Positions 40,896 to 51,500 of a stretch of DNA of 64,000 nt are shown one piece after another. The notes under the pieces are model-generated. The model searched no databases. It was not told the DNA's origin and was given only the letters and a program-made list of their open reading frames with translations. The first letter of the stretch is position 1; each line of letters begins with the position of its first letter. This DNA comes from Dehalococcoidia bacterium (lineage in GTDB: Bacteria; Chloroflexota; Dehalococcoidia; UBA2979): the NCBI GenBank assembly GCA_965219085.1, contig OZ244720.1, positions 1-64,000 on the forward strand. The letters run 5' to 3'. The position numbers and the translations under genes are program-made.

Positions 40896-41554
40896 TATCC
40901 TGCCTCTCCAGCCGGAGTTGCCCCGTTGCGCGTCGCGGCCTCCGCGTCGCCCGGTGTGATCAGCGCACCCGCACCGGGGTCGAGGTCACGGCTCGCCGCC
41001 GTCTCGCGCGTCGACCACGACTTCAGGATCGCAGGTGCGGCGTCATCGTCCCAGTCGGTGATGACCGCCTGACCACGGTTCACCTGCGTGGTCAGCAGGC
41101 ACTCCGACTCGACATCGCCCTCGGCGCTGCGGTACTCGGCGTAGACATCGACCTGCACCGCCTCGAAACGCGCGAGGGGGATGTCATAGAGCAGCCGCTC
41201 GGCCATGCGCACCGCCGCGCGTCGCGCCACGTTCGCAGGGGGCCCTACCTGCTCGCGCACACCGTCGACGACGCGGATGTCGGGCTCGGCGAGGAGCGAG
41301 ACGCGGCAGCGCTCCGTGTCCGCCGCGATCAACTCGGCCGACATGAGTGCGCGCCAGTCGGCCGGTGGAACGTCGGCGGGCGGCCGCATCCGCCGCCACG
41401 TCTCGAACGCCTCGAGCACGGAAGCGCGCAGCGCGGGGATGTCGCCCTCGGCGATGATGCGACGCCAGTGGCGCTGCGAGAAGAACGACTGCGTGATGAC
41501 GAAGCCGAGGAAGCCACCGACGACCAGCAAGAGCAGCACCCCGAGCTCGATCAC
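40895..41554 (-). CDS. Hypothetical membrane-anchored protein
   Basis: N-terminal TM helix; overlaps aroE stop and aroC start. Confidence 0.65.
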   Translation of the reverse strand: MIELGVLLLLVVGGFLGFVITQSFFSQRHWRRIIAEGDIPALRASVLEAFETWRRMRPPADVPPADWRALMSAELIAADTERCRVSLLAEPDIRVVDGVREQVGPPANVARRAAVRMAERLLYDIPLARFEAVQVDVYAEYRSAEGDVESECLLTTQVNRGQAVITDWDDDAAPAILKSWSTRETAASRDLDPGAGALITPGDAEAATRNGATPAGEAG

Positions 41555-42423
41555 TGCGCTGTCTCCTCCGCGCTCCTGCTGGCGAGCGCGGCTCGCGCGG
41601 CCGCGAACATCACCTCGGTGGGCGGTTCGAGGCCCGTCCACATGCGGAACGACTCGGCGCCCTGGTACACCAGCATCCCGAGCCCGCCGATGGGTTGCGC
41701 GCCCGCGGCCTCGGCCACCCTCAGGAAGGGGGTGCGCTCCGGGATGTAGACCAGGTCCAGAGCGGCCTGCCCCGCGACGAACAGTTCGGCTGGAATGGGC
41801 GTCGCCGACTCGTCCGGCCCGTGCCGCATCCCCAGCGTCGTCGAGTGTATCACCAGCCGCGCCCGCGCCATCGCGTCGCGCAACTGCGGAGCGCCGGCGT
41901 CGAGCGGCGCGATCCGCACCTCCATCGCGTCACCGCCGAGGCCCGTGAGCGGCTCGGCGTTCACAGGCGTGCGGTTCGCGATCGTCAGGCGCGCAGCGCC
42001 CTCGGCGCGCATCGCCACGACGACGGCGCGCGCCGCGCCGCCCGCGCCGATGAGCACGACCTCGCCGCCCGCCACGTTGACGCCGGCGTCGGCGAGCGTG
42101 CGCAGCACGCCCGCGACGTCGGTGTTCGCGCCGTGGAGCCGCCCCTCGCGCGGGACGATCGTGTTGACCGCGCCCACCTGTTCGGCGAGCGCGTCGACCT
42201 CGTCGGCGCGCTCGAGCAGCTCGACCTTGTGCGGCACCGTGACGTTCGCCCCGAGCACGCCGCCGGCGCGCAGTCGCTCGACGGCGCCCGCGACCTCGCC
42301 CGGCAGCACGTCCCACGCCACGTAGCGGGCGTCGACGCCGAGCGCGTCGAGCGCGGCCTGCTGCATCGGCGGCGAGATCGAGTGCGCGACGGGGTGGCCG
42401 AGGAGCGCGATCGTGGCGGTCAC
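41551..42423 (-). CDS. aroE: Shikimate dehydrogenase
   Basis: GHPVAHSISP, NVTVPHK, GAVNT, NTD, GAGGAA. Confidence 0.95.
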   Translation of the reverse strand: MTATIALLGHPVAHSISPPMQQAALDALGVDARYVAWDVLPGEVAGAVERLRAGGVLGANVTVPHKVELLERADEVDALAEQVGAVNTIVPREGRLHGANTDVAGVLRTLADAGVNVAGGEVVLIGAGGAARAVVVAMRAEGAARLTIANRTPVNAEPLTGLGGDAMEVRIAPLDAGAPQLRDAMARARLVIHSTTLGMRHGPDESATPIPAELFVAGQAALDLVYIPERTPFLRVAEAAGAQPIGGLGMLVYQGAESFRMWTGLEPPTEVMFAAARAALASRSAEETAQ

Positions 42424-42439
42424 GGTGTATCCCGCTCGC

Positions 42440-43537
42440 TCACGGCAGGGTGTAGCGCTCGACGTTGTGCTCGTGCTCGGCGAGCGTCTCGGCGAACGCA
42501 TGCGAGCCGTCGCCCTTCGCCACGAAGTAGAAGTAGTCGGTGCTCGCCGGGCGCAGCACCGCGAGGATGGCCCCGAGGCCGGGGTTCGCGATCGGCCCCG
42601 GCGGCAGCCCGGCGACGATGTAGGTGTTGTACGGCGAATCGAACGCGAGGTCCTCGACGGTGAGCGCGATCTTCCACCATCCGTCCGCGGGCTCCTCCTC
42701 GAGCCCCTCGGCGATCGCGAACTGCACCGTGGGGTCCGCGTAGAGCGCGATGCCCGACTCGATCCGGTTCAGGAACACCGAGGCGATCAGCGCGCGCTCG
42801 TCGGGCAGCAGCGCCTCCCGCTCGATGATCGAGGCCAGCGTGAGCACCTCGTGCAACGTCATGCCGATCGCCTCGATCTGGGAGCGGATCGCCGGGTTCA
42901 CCGCGTTGCTGAATGCGTCCACCATCGCCTCGACGAGGCTCTCGGCGGTCGTCTCCTCGGTCAACGGGTACGTCGCCGGGTACAGGTAGCCGGTCAGATC
43001 CGCGCCGACCGGGCGGCCGCGGAGCAGCGGCTCGAACCGTGGGAGCGCGAGCGCCTCCTCCCACTCCTCGGCGGTCGCAACGCCGAGCGCGACGACAAGC
43101 TCGCCCACCTCCTCGACGCGGAGTCCCTCGGGCACCACGAGGAATACCTCGCGAGTCAGTCCGAGTCGCATCTTGCGGATCACCTCGGGCGCGGGTGTGC
43201 CGGGAGCGAACTCGTACCGCCCGGAGCGCAACTGCGAGCCCACGCCGGTGTAGCCGAGCAGCGTCCGGAAGCGGCCCGTCTCGGTGAGTACCCCGCGCGC
43301 GAGCAACTGCGTGGCGATCACCTCGGCGCCCGACCCCGGTACGACCTCGACCACGAGCGTGCCGCTGCCGACGGCCGGCGCCGGGCTGATCGCGACGGCC
43401 GCGCCGCCGCCTTCGCTTGCGTCCGACGCGATCACGCTCTGCGTGCCCGCGAGCCTCGAGGAGGCCACCGAGCCGATGAAGAGCACCCACGCGGCGAGCA
43501 GCAAGTAGACCACGAGGATCGGATCAAGAAACCGCAT
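42440..43537 (-). CDS. mltG: Endolytic transglycosylase MltG
   Basis: VPEGL, GYLYPATY, LASIIERE, DPTVQF, SPYNTY..GLPPGPIANPG. Confidence 0.93.
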   Translation of the reverse strand: MRFLDPILVVYLLLAAWVLFIGSVASSRLAGTQSVIASDASEGGGAAVAISPAPAVGSGTLVVEVVPGSGAEVIATQLLARGVLTETGRFRTLLGYTGVGSQLRSGRYEFAPGTPAPEVIRKMRLGLTREVFLVVPEGLRVEEVGELVVALGVATAEEWEEALALPRFEPLLRGRPVGADLTGYLYPATYPLTEETTAESLVEAMVDAFSNAVNPAIRSQIEAIGMTLHEVLTLASIIEREALLPDERALIASVFLNRIESGIALYADPTVQFAIAEGLEEEPADGWWKIALTVEDLAFDSPYNTYIVAGLPPGPIANPGLGAILAVLRPASTDYFYFVAKGDGSHAFAETLAEHEHNVERYTLP

Positions 43538-43970
43538 CGTGCGTCTCCTCGGTGGCGGCGCGTGTGCGAACGGTGCGCCGGCGGTCGATGAACTGCTGGA
43601 GCAGCAGTGCGGCGGCCAGGTCGTCGGCGGACTCGCCGCGCGGCATCCCGCGCTCGGCGGCCACGGACGTCAGGCGCTCATCTTCGTACTCGATCGGCAG
43701 CCCCAGGCGGGCGAGGCGCTCGCCGAGCTTGCGTGCGGCGCGGGCCGCGCCACCTTCGGCGCCATCGAGGGTGCGCGGCAGGCCAAGCACGATCCCGCCG
43801 ATCTGCTCGCGCCGGGCGATCGCGCGGATCGCCGGAAACGCCGCGCTGGCCGGCACGATCTCGATCGGCACCGCGACGCGCTCCTCGGGGTCGCAGGCGG
43901 CGATGCCCACGCGAACACTGCCCGGGTCCACGCCGAGCCAGCGCATCGTCTCCACACTGCGCTCACTCAT
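43524..43970 (-). CDS. ruvX: RuvX/YqgF RNase H-like protein
   Basis: LGVDPGSVRVGIA, VLGLP, DERLTS. Confidence 0.92.
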   Translation of the reverse strand: MSERSVETMRWLGVDPGSVRVGIAACDPEERVAVPIEIVPASAAFPAIRAIARREQIGGIVLGLPRTLDGAEGGAARAARKLGERLARLGLPIEYEDERLTSVAAERGMPRGESADDLAAALLLQQFIDRRRTVRTRAATEETHDAVS

Positions 43971-45765
43971 CGCCGGCGCCGTCAACAGACGCATCGTCTC
44001 CCTCACCCTCCTCACCCTCCTCGCCCTCCTCGTCACCCTCGACGACGCCGGCGATTTCGGCCGCGAGGTCCTCCTTGCTGAGGAAGACGATCGAGATGCG
44101 ATCCTCGCGCTGCGGCATCCGTACGGCCGGAAGCCAGCCGGGGTGGACGCGAATCAACGGCTCGACACTGAGGGAGAGTTCCTCGCGTAGCCTCGTCGCT
44201 GCCGCGGACGGGGCGACGCCGGTCAGGATGCCGCGCAGCGAGGCGGGATCGAACAGCGGTGTCGCGAGCCCGGTGGCGTTGAGGGTCGCGACCAGGCGGC
44301 TGCCATCGAAGACGGGGGCCTCAGCGACGACGTCCGTGGTGCCCGGAATCAGCGCGGTCCCCTCGGGCAACACGCTGACCAGGATCCGCTCGCCCGCGCG
44401 GCGCGCGGCGTCGTCGGGGAGGACGATGGCGGACACGATCGCGGTGTACTCCATAAGGAACGCCTCGGCCGGATCGCCCGGCTCCACGAGCGGCTCCTGG
44501 CTCAGGATCGCGACGGTGACGGTCTCGGGAAACACCGTCCCATCCTCGACGATACGCTGCAGGGCACGCGTGCCGGCCCGGCGCAGCACGTCTTCGGCGA
44601 TCTCGCCAACCCGCACCGCATCTTCAGCCGCAGCGGCGGGCACCTCGATGTCCTCGCCGCCGGCGGCGGCGACCGGGTTGGTGACCGTCAACGTCGTCGC
44701 GAAGCCGATCAGGAACCGCAGCGTCCCCGCTTCCACGTTGCCGGCTGTACCCGGGCGGATGGCGGTGGCTCCGACGGACGCCGCCTCCCCGGCGAGGACA
44801 GTAACCGCCTCGTCGGTGGTGAAGGTGAATTCGTCCGCGTCTTCTACGGGGATACCGACGGGCAGCCTGATATCGGTCGTGCCGGTGTTGGTGAACTCCA
44901 ACTCCACCGTCGCCGCGACATCCCCGACGCTCGTCGTGCCGGTGGTCACCGTGGAAGCCACCGCCACGATCGTCTCGCTCACGGAGGTCGCCGCCACCAC
45001 ACCCTCGGCGATGTCGGTCTCCCCCACGGGGTTGAGATGCACGCGCGCGGAGCTCCGCAGCGTTTCGCCCGGCGGCGCGATGAAGATGTCCGCCGAGGGC
45101 ACGTAGTAGGCTGCGGCGCCAAAGACGAGGATCGGGATCGCGGCGAACGCGGCCAGCCGCAGCAACGGCGTCACCGGGGGCACGCGCAGCGTGAGCTCGC
45201 GCGGCCCGAGCGGCAGGCGCAGCGTGGGTGCGGGCCGCAGTCCGCGCGGCGTCCGGGCGGTGCTGAGCCCCGCGTTCAGCGCGTGCTCGCGCACGTCGCG
45301 CCGGCTCGCGAGGACATGCACGGTGAGCCCGCGCTGGCGGGCGTGGGCGGCGATGCGCGGCCACGCCATCGCGGCGCGCAGGCCGCGCGCACGGCGCGGC
45401 ACCACCAGCAGCACCTCGACCTCGCTCGCGGTCTCGATGCGGCCGATGACGGAGTTAGCGTCGTCCTCGCGCCGCGCGACAACCGTGGCGGCGCCGGACA
45501 TATAGGGCACGCTGCGCGGCACGTTGCGCGGCCGTCTCCGCCGCCGGCGGGGCGGAAGATCGCCCGCCTCCCGGCGGCGCTGCTCCTCGCCGCGTGACGC
45601 GCGCCAGTCGGCGACGAACTGCCGCCACTCGTCGCGCACCCGGCCGGGGAAGCCGCGCACCGACGCCGCCCAGCGGTCGAGGCGCGAGCCATCGCTTGCT
45701 GTGTCGGAGCGCGGCGTCGCGGGTTCCGCTTCTTGCGTGCCGTCGTCGGGTTCGCGTGGCGTCAC
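43963..45765 (-). CDS. Membrane protein with baseplate J-like domain
   Basis: TM helix followed by ATVELEFTN, V.ATA..PGTAGNV..G, VTNP.A..GGED. Confidence 0.65.
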   Translation of the reverse strand: MTPREPDDGTQEAEPATPRSDTASDGSRLDRWAASVRGFPGRVRDEWRQFVADWRASRGEEQRRREAGDLPPRRRRRRPRNVPRSVPYMSGAATVVARREDDANSVIGRIETASEVEVLLVVPRRARGLRAAMAWPRIAAHARQRGLTVHVLASRRDVREHALNAGLSTARTPRGLRPAPTLRLPLGPRELTLRVPPVTPLLRLAAFAAIPILVFGAAAYYVPSADIFIAPPGETLRSSARVHLNPVGETDIAEGVVAATSVSETIVAVASTVTTGTTSVGDVAATVELEFTNTGTTDIRLPVGIPVEDADEFTFTTDEAVTVLAGEAASVGATAIRPGTAGNVEAGTLRFLIGFATTLTVTNPVAAAGGEDIEVPAAAAEDAVRVGEIAEDVLRRAGTRALQRIVEDGTVFPETVTVAILSQEPLVEPGDPAEAFLMEYTAIVSAIVLPDDAARRAGERILVSVLPEGTALIPGTTDVVAEAPVFDGSRLVATLNATGLATPLFDPASLRGILTGVAPSAAATRLREELSLSVEPLIRVHPGWLPAVRMPQREDRISIVFLSKEDLAAEIAGVVEGDEEGEEGEEGEGDDASVDGAGDE

Positions 45766-45771
45766 TGGTTG

Positions 45772-48441
45772 CTACGCCCCGCCGAGGCGATCCCGTGCCG
45801 CCCGGCGCGCCACGTCAAGCGCTTCGTCCAGCCTCGATGCGTCGCGCCCGCCGGCCTGGGCCATGACGGGACGGCCGCCCCCGCCGCCCCCGACGACCGC
45901 GCCTGCTTCCCGCACCACCTCGTCGGCGCGCAGGCCGCGCTCCACCACGTCGTCGGTGGCCAGTGCGAGCAGCATCGGACGGTCGTTAAGCACGGCGCCG
46001 AGCATGACGAAGGCGCTGTCCAGGCGCTCGCGCAGACGGTCGCCCATCCCGCGTAGCGCGTCCTGCGACTCCGCCTCCACGCGCGCCACGACGACGCTGA
46101 CGCCGGCGATCTCCACTGCCCGCCCCACGAGGTCGTCGGCCGCGCCGAGCGAGCGGTTCGCGGACTGCTGGCGTGCGCGACGGCGCTCTTCAGCCAGCTG
46201 CTCCTCGAGCGCGTCGATGCGTGCCTGGAGCTCCTCGGGCGGCGCCTTGAAGCGCTGCGACAGCTCCGTGACGAGGTCCAGCCGCTCCTCGATATAGCGC
46301 TCGGCCTCCGGGCCGCTGAGCGCCTCGATGCGGCGCAGCCCGGCGCCGATGCTCGAGTCGGCGACGACCACGAAGTTGCCGAGCCCGCCTGTCGAATGGA
46401 GGTGCGTACCGCCGCACAGCTCGCGACTGAAGCACTCGGGCGTGTGTTCGTGGCCGTGTCCGCGCGCCTCGCAGTACTCGACCATGCGCACGTCGGCGGA
46501 GTAGCGGTCCTCGAAGAACGCGATCGCGCCGCGCCCGATCGCCTCCTCGTAGGGGAGGACAAACGTCTCCTGCGCGATGTCCTCGCGCACCTTCGCGTTG
46601 ACGATGCGCTGCGCCTCGCGCAGTTCGTCCGCCGAGGGCGCCTGCGGGTGCGAGTAGTCGAAGCGCAGCCGGTCCGGCGCCACGAGCGACCCGGCCTGCC
46701 GTACGTGCTGCCCGAGCACCTGGCGCAGCGCGGCGTGCAGCAGGTGCGTCGCCGTGTGGTTGCGGCGGCAGCCCGCGCGCCACGCAGCGTCGACGCGCGC
46801 CTCGGCGGCCTCGCCCACGGCGATGGCGCCTTCGGCGACCTCGCCGCGATGCACGATCGCACCGCCCAGCTCCTGCGTGTCCTCGACCAGGAAGCGCCCC
46901 GAGGGCGTCACGATGTCGCCGCGGTCCCCGAGCTGCCCGCCGCTCTCCGCGTAGAACGACGTGCGCGGCAGCACCACCTCGCCGCCCTGCCCTGCCTCGA
47001 GCTGCTGGACCGCGCCCCCGTCGGTGACGATCGCTGCAACCACGGAGTCAGCCGTGAGCGCGTCGTAGCCGACGAACTCGCTGGAGACGCCGAGTTCGGC
47101 GTAGCGGCCGGCCTCCTCGTCGCCGTAGACGGCGAAGGCGCCCTCGCCCCTGGAGCGCTCGCGCTGGGCCGCCATCTCGGCGTCGAAGCCGTCCTGGTCG
47201 ACCTCGTAGCCGCGCGCCGCGGCAACCTCGATGGTCAGCTCGGGCGGGAGGCCGTGGGTGTCGTAGAGCGCGAACATGTCGCGGCCGGGGACGCGGCGGC
47301 TCGAGGCCTCGCGATCGAGCACCTGTTCCAGCAACTCGAGGCCGCGGGCGAGCGTGCCCTGGAAGCGGCGCTCTTCCTCCTCGATGACCTCGACGATGAA
47401 GTCGTGGTGCTCCGCGAGCGCGGGATAGGCGTGCTGCGCGGACTCGATCGCGGCGTTGACCACGCTCGCGAGGAAGGCCTGGCGCACGCCCAGCATGTGG
47501 CCAAAGTAGACGGCACGCCGCAGCACGCGACGCAACACGTACCCGCGGCCCTCGTTGCCGGGCAGCACGCCGTCCTCGATCAGGAATGCGGCGGCGCGCG
47601 TGTGTTCGGTGATCACGCGCAGCGCACGCGCCTCGTCGGGCGCGCCGTCGGGGTCGTACGAGCGCCCGGTGGCCTCCTCGGCGGCCGCGAGGATGCCGCG
47701 TAGCTGGTCCGTCTCGTAGGCCGAGCGGGCGCCCTGCAGCACCCACGCCACGCGCTCGAGGCCGGCGCCGGTGTCGATGTTCTGCGTGGGCAGCGGTTCC
47801 ATCGTGCCGTCGGCGTGCAGGTCGAACGCCATGAACACGAGGTTCCAGATCTCGAGGAAGTTCGGCGCATCGAGGTCGATCTGCCCGTCGGGCAGCCGCG
47901 GTTCGCTGGAGATGTTGTCGCCGAAGTAGTAGTGCAACTCGGAGCAGGGACCGCAGGGCCCGGTCTCACCGGAGTACCAGAAGTTCCCCTGCTCCGAGGT
48001 GTAGCGCAGGATGCGCTCGGCGGGGACGCCGCGCTTGAGCCAGAGGTCGTGCGCCTCGTCGTCATCGGTGTAGACCGTGACCCACAAGCGGTCGGGGTCG
48101 ATGCCGAGCTCGCCGGTGAGGAACTCCCACGCCCATTCGATGGCGTCGGCCTTGAAGTAGTCGCCGAGCGAGAAGTTGCCAAGCATCTCGAAGAACGTGA
48201 GGTGCGACTCGTCCCCGACTTCCTCGATGTCGGTGGCGCGGAAGCACTTCTGGACTGAGGTGAGGCGGTTCGCGGGAGGCTGCTCGAGGCCGAGGAAGTA
48301 CGGCTTGAACTGCACCATCCCCGCCGAAGTGAACAGCAACGACGGATCGCCGTACGGGATCAGCGACGACGACGGGATGCGGCGATGCTGACGCTCCTCG
48401 AAGTACTGAAGGAACGCCGCGCGGAGTTCTTCGACGGTCAA
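45772..48441 (-). CDS. alaS: Alanyl-tRNA synthetase
   Basis: LLFTSAGMVQFK, EMLGNFS, HTATHLLH, ELCGGTH, GGGGGRP; TTG start inferred. Confidence 0.97.
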   Translation of the reverse strand: MTVEELRAAFLQYFEERQHRRIPSSSLIPYGDPSLLFTSAGMVQFKPYFLGLEQPPANRLTSVQKCFRATDIEEVGDESHLTFFEMLGNFSLGDYFKADAIEWAWEFLTGELGIDPDRLWVTVYTDDDEAHDLWLKRGVPAERILRYTSEQGNFWYSGETGPCGPCSELHYYFGDNISSEPRLPDGQIDLDAPNFLEIWNLVFMAFDLHADGTMEPLPTQNIDTGAGLERVAWVLQGARSAYETDQLRGILAAAEEATGRSYDPDGAPDEARALRVITEHTRAAAFLIEDGVLPGNEGRGYVLRRVLRRAVYFGHMLGVRQAFLASVVNAAIESAQHAYPALAEHHDFIVEVIEEEERRFQGTLARGLELLEQVLDREASSRRVPGRDMFALYDTHGLPPELTIEVAAARGYEVDQDGFDAEMAAQRERSRGEGAFAVYGDEEAGRYAELGVSSEFVGYDALTADSVVAAIVTDGGAVQQLEAGQGGEVVLPRTSFYAESGGQLGDRGDIVTPSGRFLVEDTQELGGAIVHRGEVAEGAIAVGEAAEARVDAAWRAGCRRNHTATHLLHAALRQVLGQHVRQAGSLVAPDRLRFDYSHPQAPSADELREAQRIVNAKVREDIAQETFVLPYEEAIGRGAIAFFEDRYSADVRMVEYCEARGHGHEHTPECFSRELCGGTHLHSTGGLGNFVVVADSSIGAGLRRIEALSGPEAERYIEERLDLVTELSQRFKAPPEELQARIDALEEQLAEERRRARQQSANRSLGAADDLVGRAVEIAGVSVVVARVEAESQDALRGMGDRLRERLDSAFVMLGAVLNDRPMLLALATDDVVERGLRADEVVREAGAVVGGGGGGRPVMAQAGGRDASRLDEALDVARRAARDRLGGA

Positions 48442-48512
48442 GCTGACGCCCTTGCTGCGGAGTCTGGCCGCTGTGGATCGAGGGCCTTCCAGTAGAGACA
48501 GGGCCGACCGCG

Positions 48513-48542
48513 AGTGTAGAATGAGGCTTGGCAGGGGGTCAA
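48513..48542 (-). promoter_or_regulatory. Sigma70-type promoter for alaS operon
   Basis: Minus strand TTGACC-18 bp-TACACT. Confidence 0.65.
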
Positions 48543-48692
48543 TTTTCGAGCCTCTGAACACGCGCCGCGCGGGCCAATGCCCGCCGGACGCCGCCGTGGA
48601 GCGCCACGATCGAGACAGCCGACTCTCAACGGTCCGCGGAAAGCGACCAACCTCCGTCGCCCAGCCGGCACAGGTCGGCGCGCACGACAGAC

Positions 48693-50120
48693 GTGCGCGC
48701 CCCGCTCACGACCCCGCAACGCTCCGCCGACGGCTGGACCGCCGTCATCCTCGCCGCCGGGCGCGGGACGCGCATGCGCTCACGCACCCCGAAGGTGCTG
48801 CACGCCGTCGCGGGCCGCCCGATGCTGCACCTGGTGTGCGACGCCCTCGCGGCTGCCGGCTTCGATCGCCGCGTCGTCGTCACCGCAGCAGCGGGTGACG
48901 AGGTCGCGGAGGCCGCTGCCGCCCGTGCCACCGTCGCCGTCCAGGACACCCCGCTCGGCACCGGCCATGCCGCCCTCGCTGCGCGCGAGGCCGGCGGCGA
49001 CGCCGCTCGGCTGCTGATCGTGAACGGCGACCTCCCACTGCTGACGCCGGACACCCTCGCCGCGCTCGCCGACGCGCACTGCGCCGAGCAGGCCGCGCTG
49101 TCGTTCCTCACCGTCGAGGTCGACGACCCAACCGGCTACGGCCGCGTCGTGCGGACCTCGGGCCCGGACGGCGCTGTCGTCGGCGTCGTCGAGGAGCCCG
49201 ACGCCGACGCTCAGACGCGCGCCATCCGCGAGGTCAACGCAGGGGTCTACACCGCCGAGGCCTCCTGGCTCTGGGGCGTGCTCGAAGCGCTGCCGCCCTC
49301 GCCGGGTGGCGAGATCTATCTCACCGACGCAGTCCGCGCCGCGGTTCCCTCGGGGTGTCGCGTACACGCCCAGCGCCTGGCCGACCCGACCGAGGCGCAG
49401 CAGGTCAACACCCGCGCCGAGCTCGCCCTGGCCGACGGCGCGATGCGCAACCGGATCCGCAGCGCACTCATGGCGGACGGCGTCACACTCGTGGGCCCTG
49501 AGTCGATTTATGTCGACGCCGGTGTCGAGGTCGGTGAGGACACGACGCTGCTGCCCGGCACCCACCTCATGGGCGACACGGTGATCGGAGGTGAATGCGA
49601 GATCGGTCCGAACGCTGTGCTGCGCGACATGCACGTCGGCAACCGCTGCACCATCGGCGGCTCGACCCTCGAGGCTTCGACGGTCGCCGATGGCGTGGAC
49701 ATCGGCGCGTACTGCCGCGTGCGTCCCGGCTCGACGATCGAGGCGGACGTACACCTCGGGACGTACGCCGAGGTGAAGGCGTCACGGATCGGCGCGCGCA
49801 CGCAGATCGGCCACTTCTCGTACACCGGCGACGCCGACGTGGGCGCGGACGTGAACATCGGCGCGGGCGCGATCACCGCGAACTACGACGGCACGTCGAA
49901 GCACCGCACCGAGATCGGCGACGGCGCGTTCATCGGCAGCGACACGATGCTGATCGCGCCGGTCCGCGTCGGCGCGGGCGCGCGCACCGCCGCCGGCGCC
50001 GTCGTCACGCACGACGTGCCGGACGGCGCGCAGGTCATCGGCGCGCCCGCCCGCATCCGCGAGCGCGGCGCGCCCGGGCAAGAGCACATCGAAGAGCCAT
50101 CGCAGCGAGGGGAGCAGTAG
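48693..50120 (+). CDS. glmU: Bifunctional GlmU
   Basis: ILAAGRGTRMRS..PKVLH, hexapeptide repeats, NYDG. Confidence 0.95.
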   Translation: MRAPLTTPQRSADGWTAVILAAGRGTRMRSRTPKVLHAVAGRPMLHLVCDALAAAGFDRRVVVTAAAGDEVAEAAAARATVAVQDTPLGTGHAALAAREAGGDAARLLIVNGDLPLLTPDTLAALADAHCAEQAALSFLTVEVDDPTGYGRVVRTSGPDGAVVGVVEEPDADAQTRAIREVNAGVYTAEASWLWGVLEALPPSPGGEIYLTDAVRAAVPSGCRVHAQRLADPTEAQQVNTRAELALADGAMRNRIRSALMADGVTLVGPESIYVDAGVEVGEDTTLLPGTHLMGDTVIGGECEIGPNAVLRDMHVGNRCTIGGSTLEASTVADGVDIGAYCRVRPGSTIEADVHLGTYAEVKASRIGARTQIGHFSYTGDADVGADVNIGAGAITANYDGTSKHRTEIGDGAFIGSDTMLIAPVRVGAGARTAAGAVVTHDVPDGAQVIGAPARIRERGAPGQEHIEEPSQRGEQ

Positions 50121-50142
50121 GGCCACCTCGGCCCTTGCAGGT

Positions 50143-51426
50143 TTGAGTACCGAAGCAATCATCGGCCTGGTCGTCGCCGTCGCCGCCGGCGCCATGCTGC
50201 TGCTGGTTTCGGCAGCGGAGGCGGGTGTGACCGCCATCAGCCGCCGGCGGACCCGTGCCCGCGCCCGCAACGGGGTCGCCGGGCTGCTCGACAGCTACAT
50301 CCGCCAGCGCCAGCGCCTGCTGCGCGCGCTCAGCGCCGCCGCCACGTTCGCCACCGTCTCGCTCACGCTCGGTCTCACGGTGCTGTTCCTCAACGGCCGC
50401 GAGATGGGCATCGGCGCGGCTGCGCTCGCCGGGTTTGTCGTGCTGATCGTGGCCGGCGTGCTGCGCGAGAATGCGCGCGCGATCGCGCTCGTGAGCCCTG
50501 AAACCACCGGGCTGCGGCTCGCCAGCATCATCGCCCTGTTGCACCTGGCTCTCGAACCCCTCGCGTGGCTGCTGAGCGCGCCCTCGCGCGGCCTGCTGCG
50601 CCTCGTCGGCCGCAGCCCCGATCTGGCCGACGAGGATCCCGCGAGCGAGTTGCTCGGCGTCCTCGAAGCCCCGGCCGACCCGGAAGCGCAGGAGTCGTTG
50701 TCCGAGGAGCGCCGCATGATGCGCGGCATCCTCGACATGTCGGACCAGACCGTGCGCGAGGTGATGTCGCCGCGTATCGACATCGTCGCCGTCTCGGTGG
50801 AGGCCTCGATCGGCGACGTGTTGAAGCTGATCATCAGCTCCGGCTTCAGCCGCATCCCGCTCTACGAGGACTCCATCGACAAGATCGTCGGCGTCCTCTA
50901 CGCCAAGGACCTGCTCGCGTACCTGCAGACGGGCGCCTCGACGCCCAGCCTGCAGAACATCGCGCGCCCGCCCTACTTCGTCCCGGAGACGAAACGCGCC
51001 GACCAGCTGCTCGCCGACCTGCGCCGTGACCAGACGCACGTCGCCATCGTCGTCGACGAGTACGGCGGCACCGCCGGCCTCGTCACCGTCGAGGACGTGC
51101 TCGAGGAGATCGTGGGCGAGATCGTCGACGAATACGACACCGAGGAGGTGGAGGTCGAGCAGGTCTCCGAGCACGAAGCAGTCGTCGACGCACGGCTCGC
51201 CATCGACGACCTGAACGAGCTGTTCGGCACCGACATCGAGAACGAGGACTTCGACACCGTCGGCGGCCTCGTGTTCTCGCTGCTGGGCCGCCTCGCCACG
51301 CCGGGAGACCGCGTGGAGAGCGAGGAGCACGGGCTGGCGCTGCAGGTGCTGTCCGTGCAGGGCCGCCGCATCCGCCGCGTGCGCATCTCGAGCCCGCATG
51401 CCACGAGCGAGGCCGCCGCTGTCTGA
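50143..51426 (+). CDS. CNNM/CBS/CorC (hemolysin-family) transporter-associated protein
   Basis: TM helices, VREVMSPR, FSRIPLY, VVDEYGGTAGLVTVED. Confidence 0.9.
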   Translation: MSTEAIIGLVVAVAAGAMLLLVSAAEAGVTAISRRRTRARARNGVAGLLDSYIRQRQRLLRALSAAATFATVSLTLGLTVLFLNGREMGIGAAALAGFVVLIVAGVLRENARAIALVSPETTGLRLASIIALLHLALEPLAWLLSAPSRGLLRLVGRSPDLADEDPASELLGVLEAPADPEAQESLSEERRMMRGILDMSDQTVREVMSPRIDIVAVSVEASIGDVLKLIISSGFSRIPLYEDSIDKIVGVLYAKDLLAYLQTGASTPSLQNIARPPYFVPETKRADQLLADLRRDQTHVAIVVDEYGGTAGLVTVEDVLEEIVGEIVDEYDTEEVEVEQVSEHEAVVDARLAIDDLNELFGTDIENEDFDTVGGLVFSLLGRLATPGDRVESEEHGLALQVLSVQGRRIRRVRISSPHATSEAAAV

Positions 51427-51500
51427 CGGCCGCATTGTGGCGGGGCGGACTGGTTGCGCCCTATCCTGAACTTTACGGCGGATGACAAGGAGCGCAGGCC

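Noticed and set aside
43999-44040. Short tandem repeats (EEG codons; also CCCCTGnGGAG units at 36424-36460)
   Set aside because: Low-complexity coding linkers with no sign of independent function
43963-45765. Prophage or contractile injection system
   Set aside because: No other structural phage genes; the gene is embedded in a housekeeping operon
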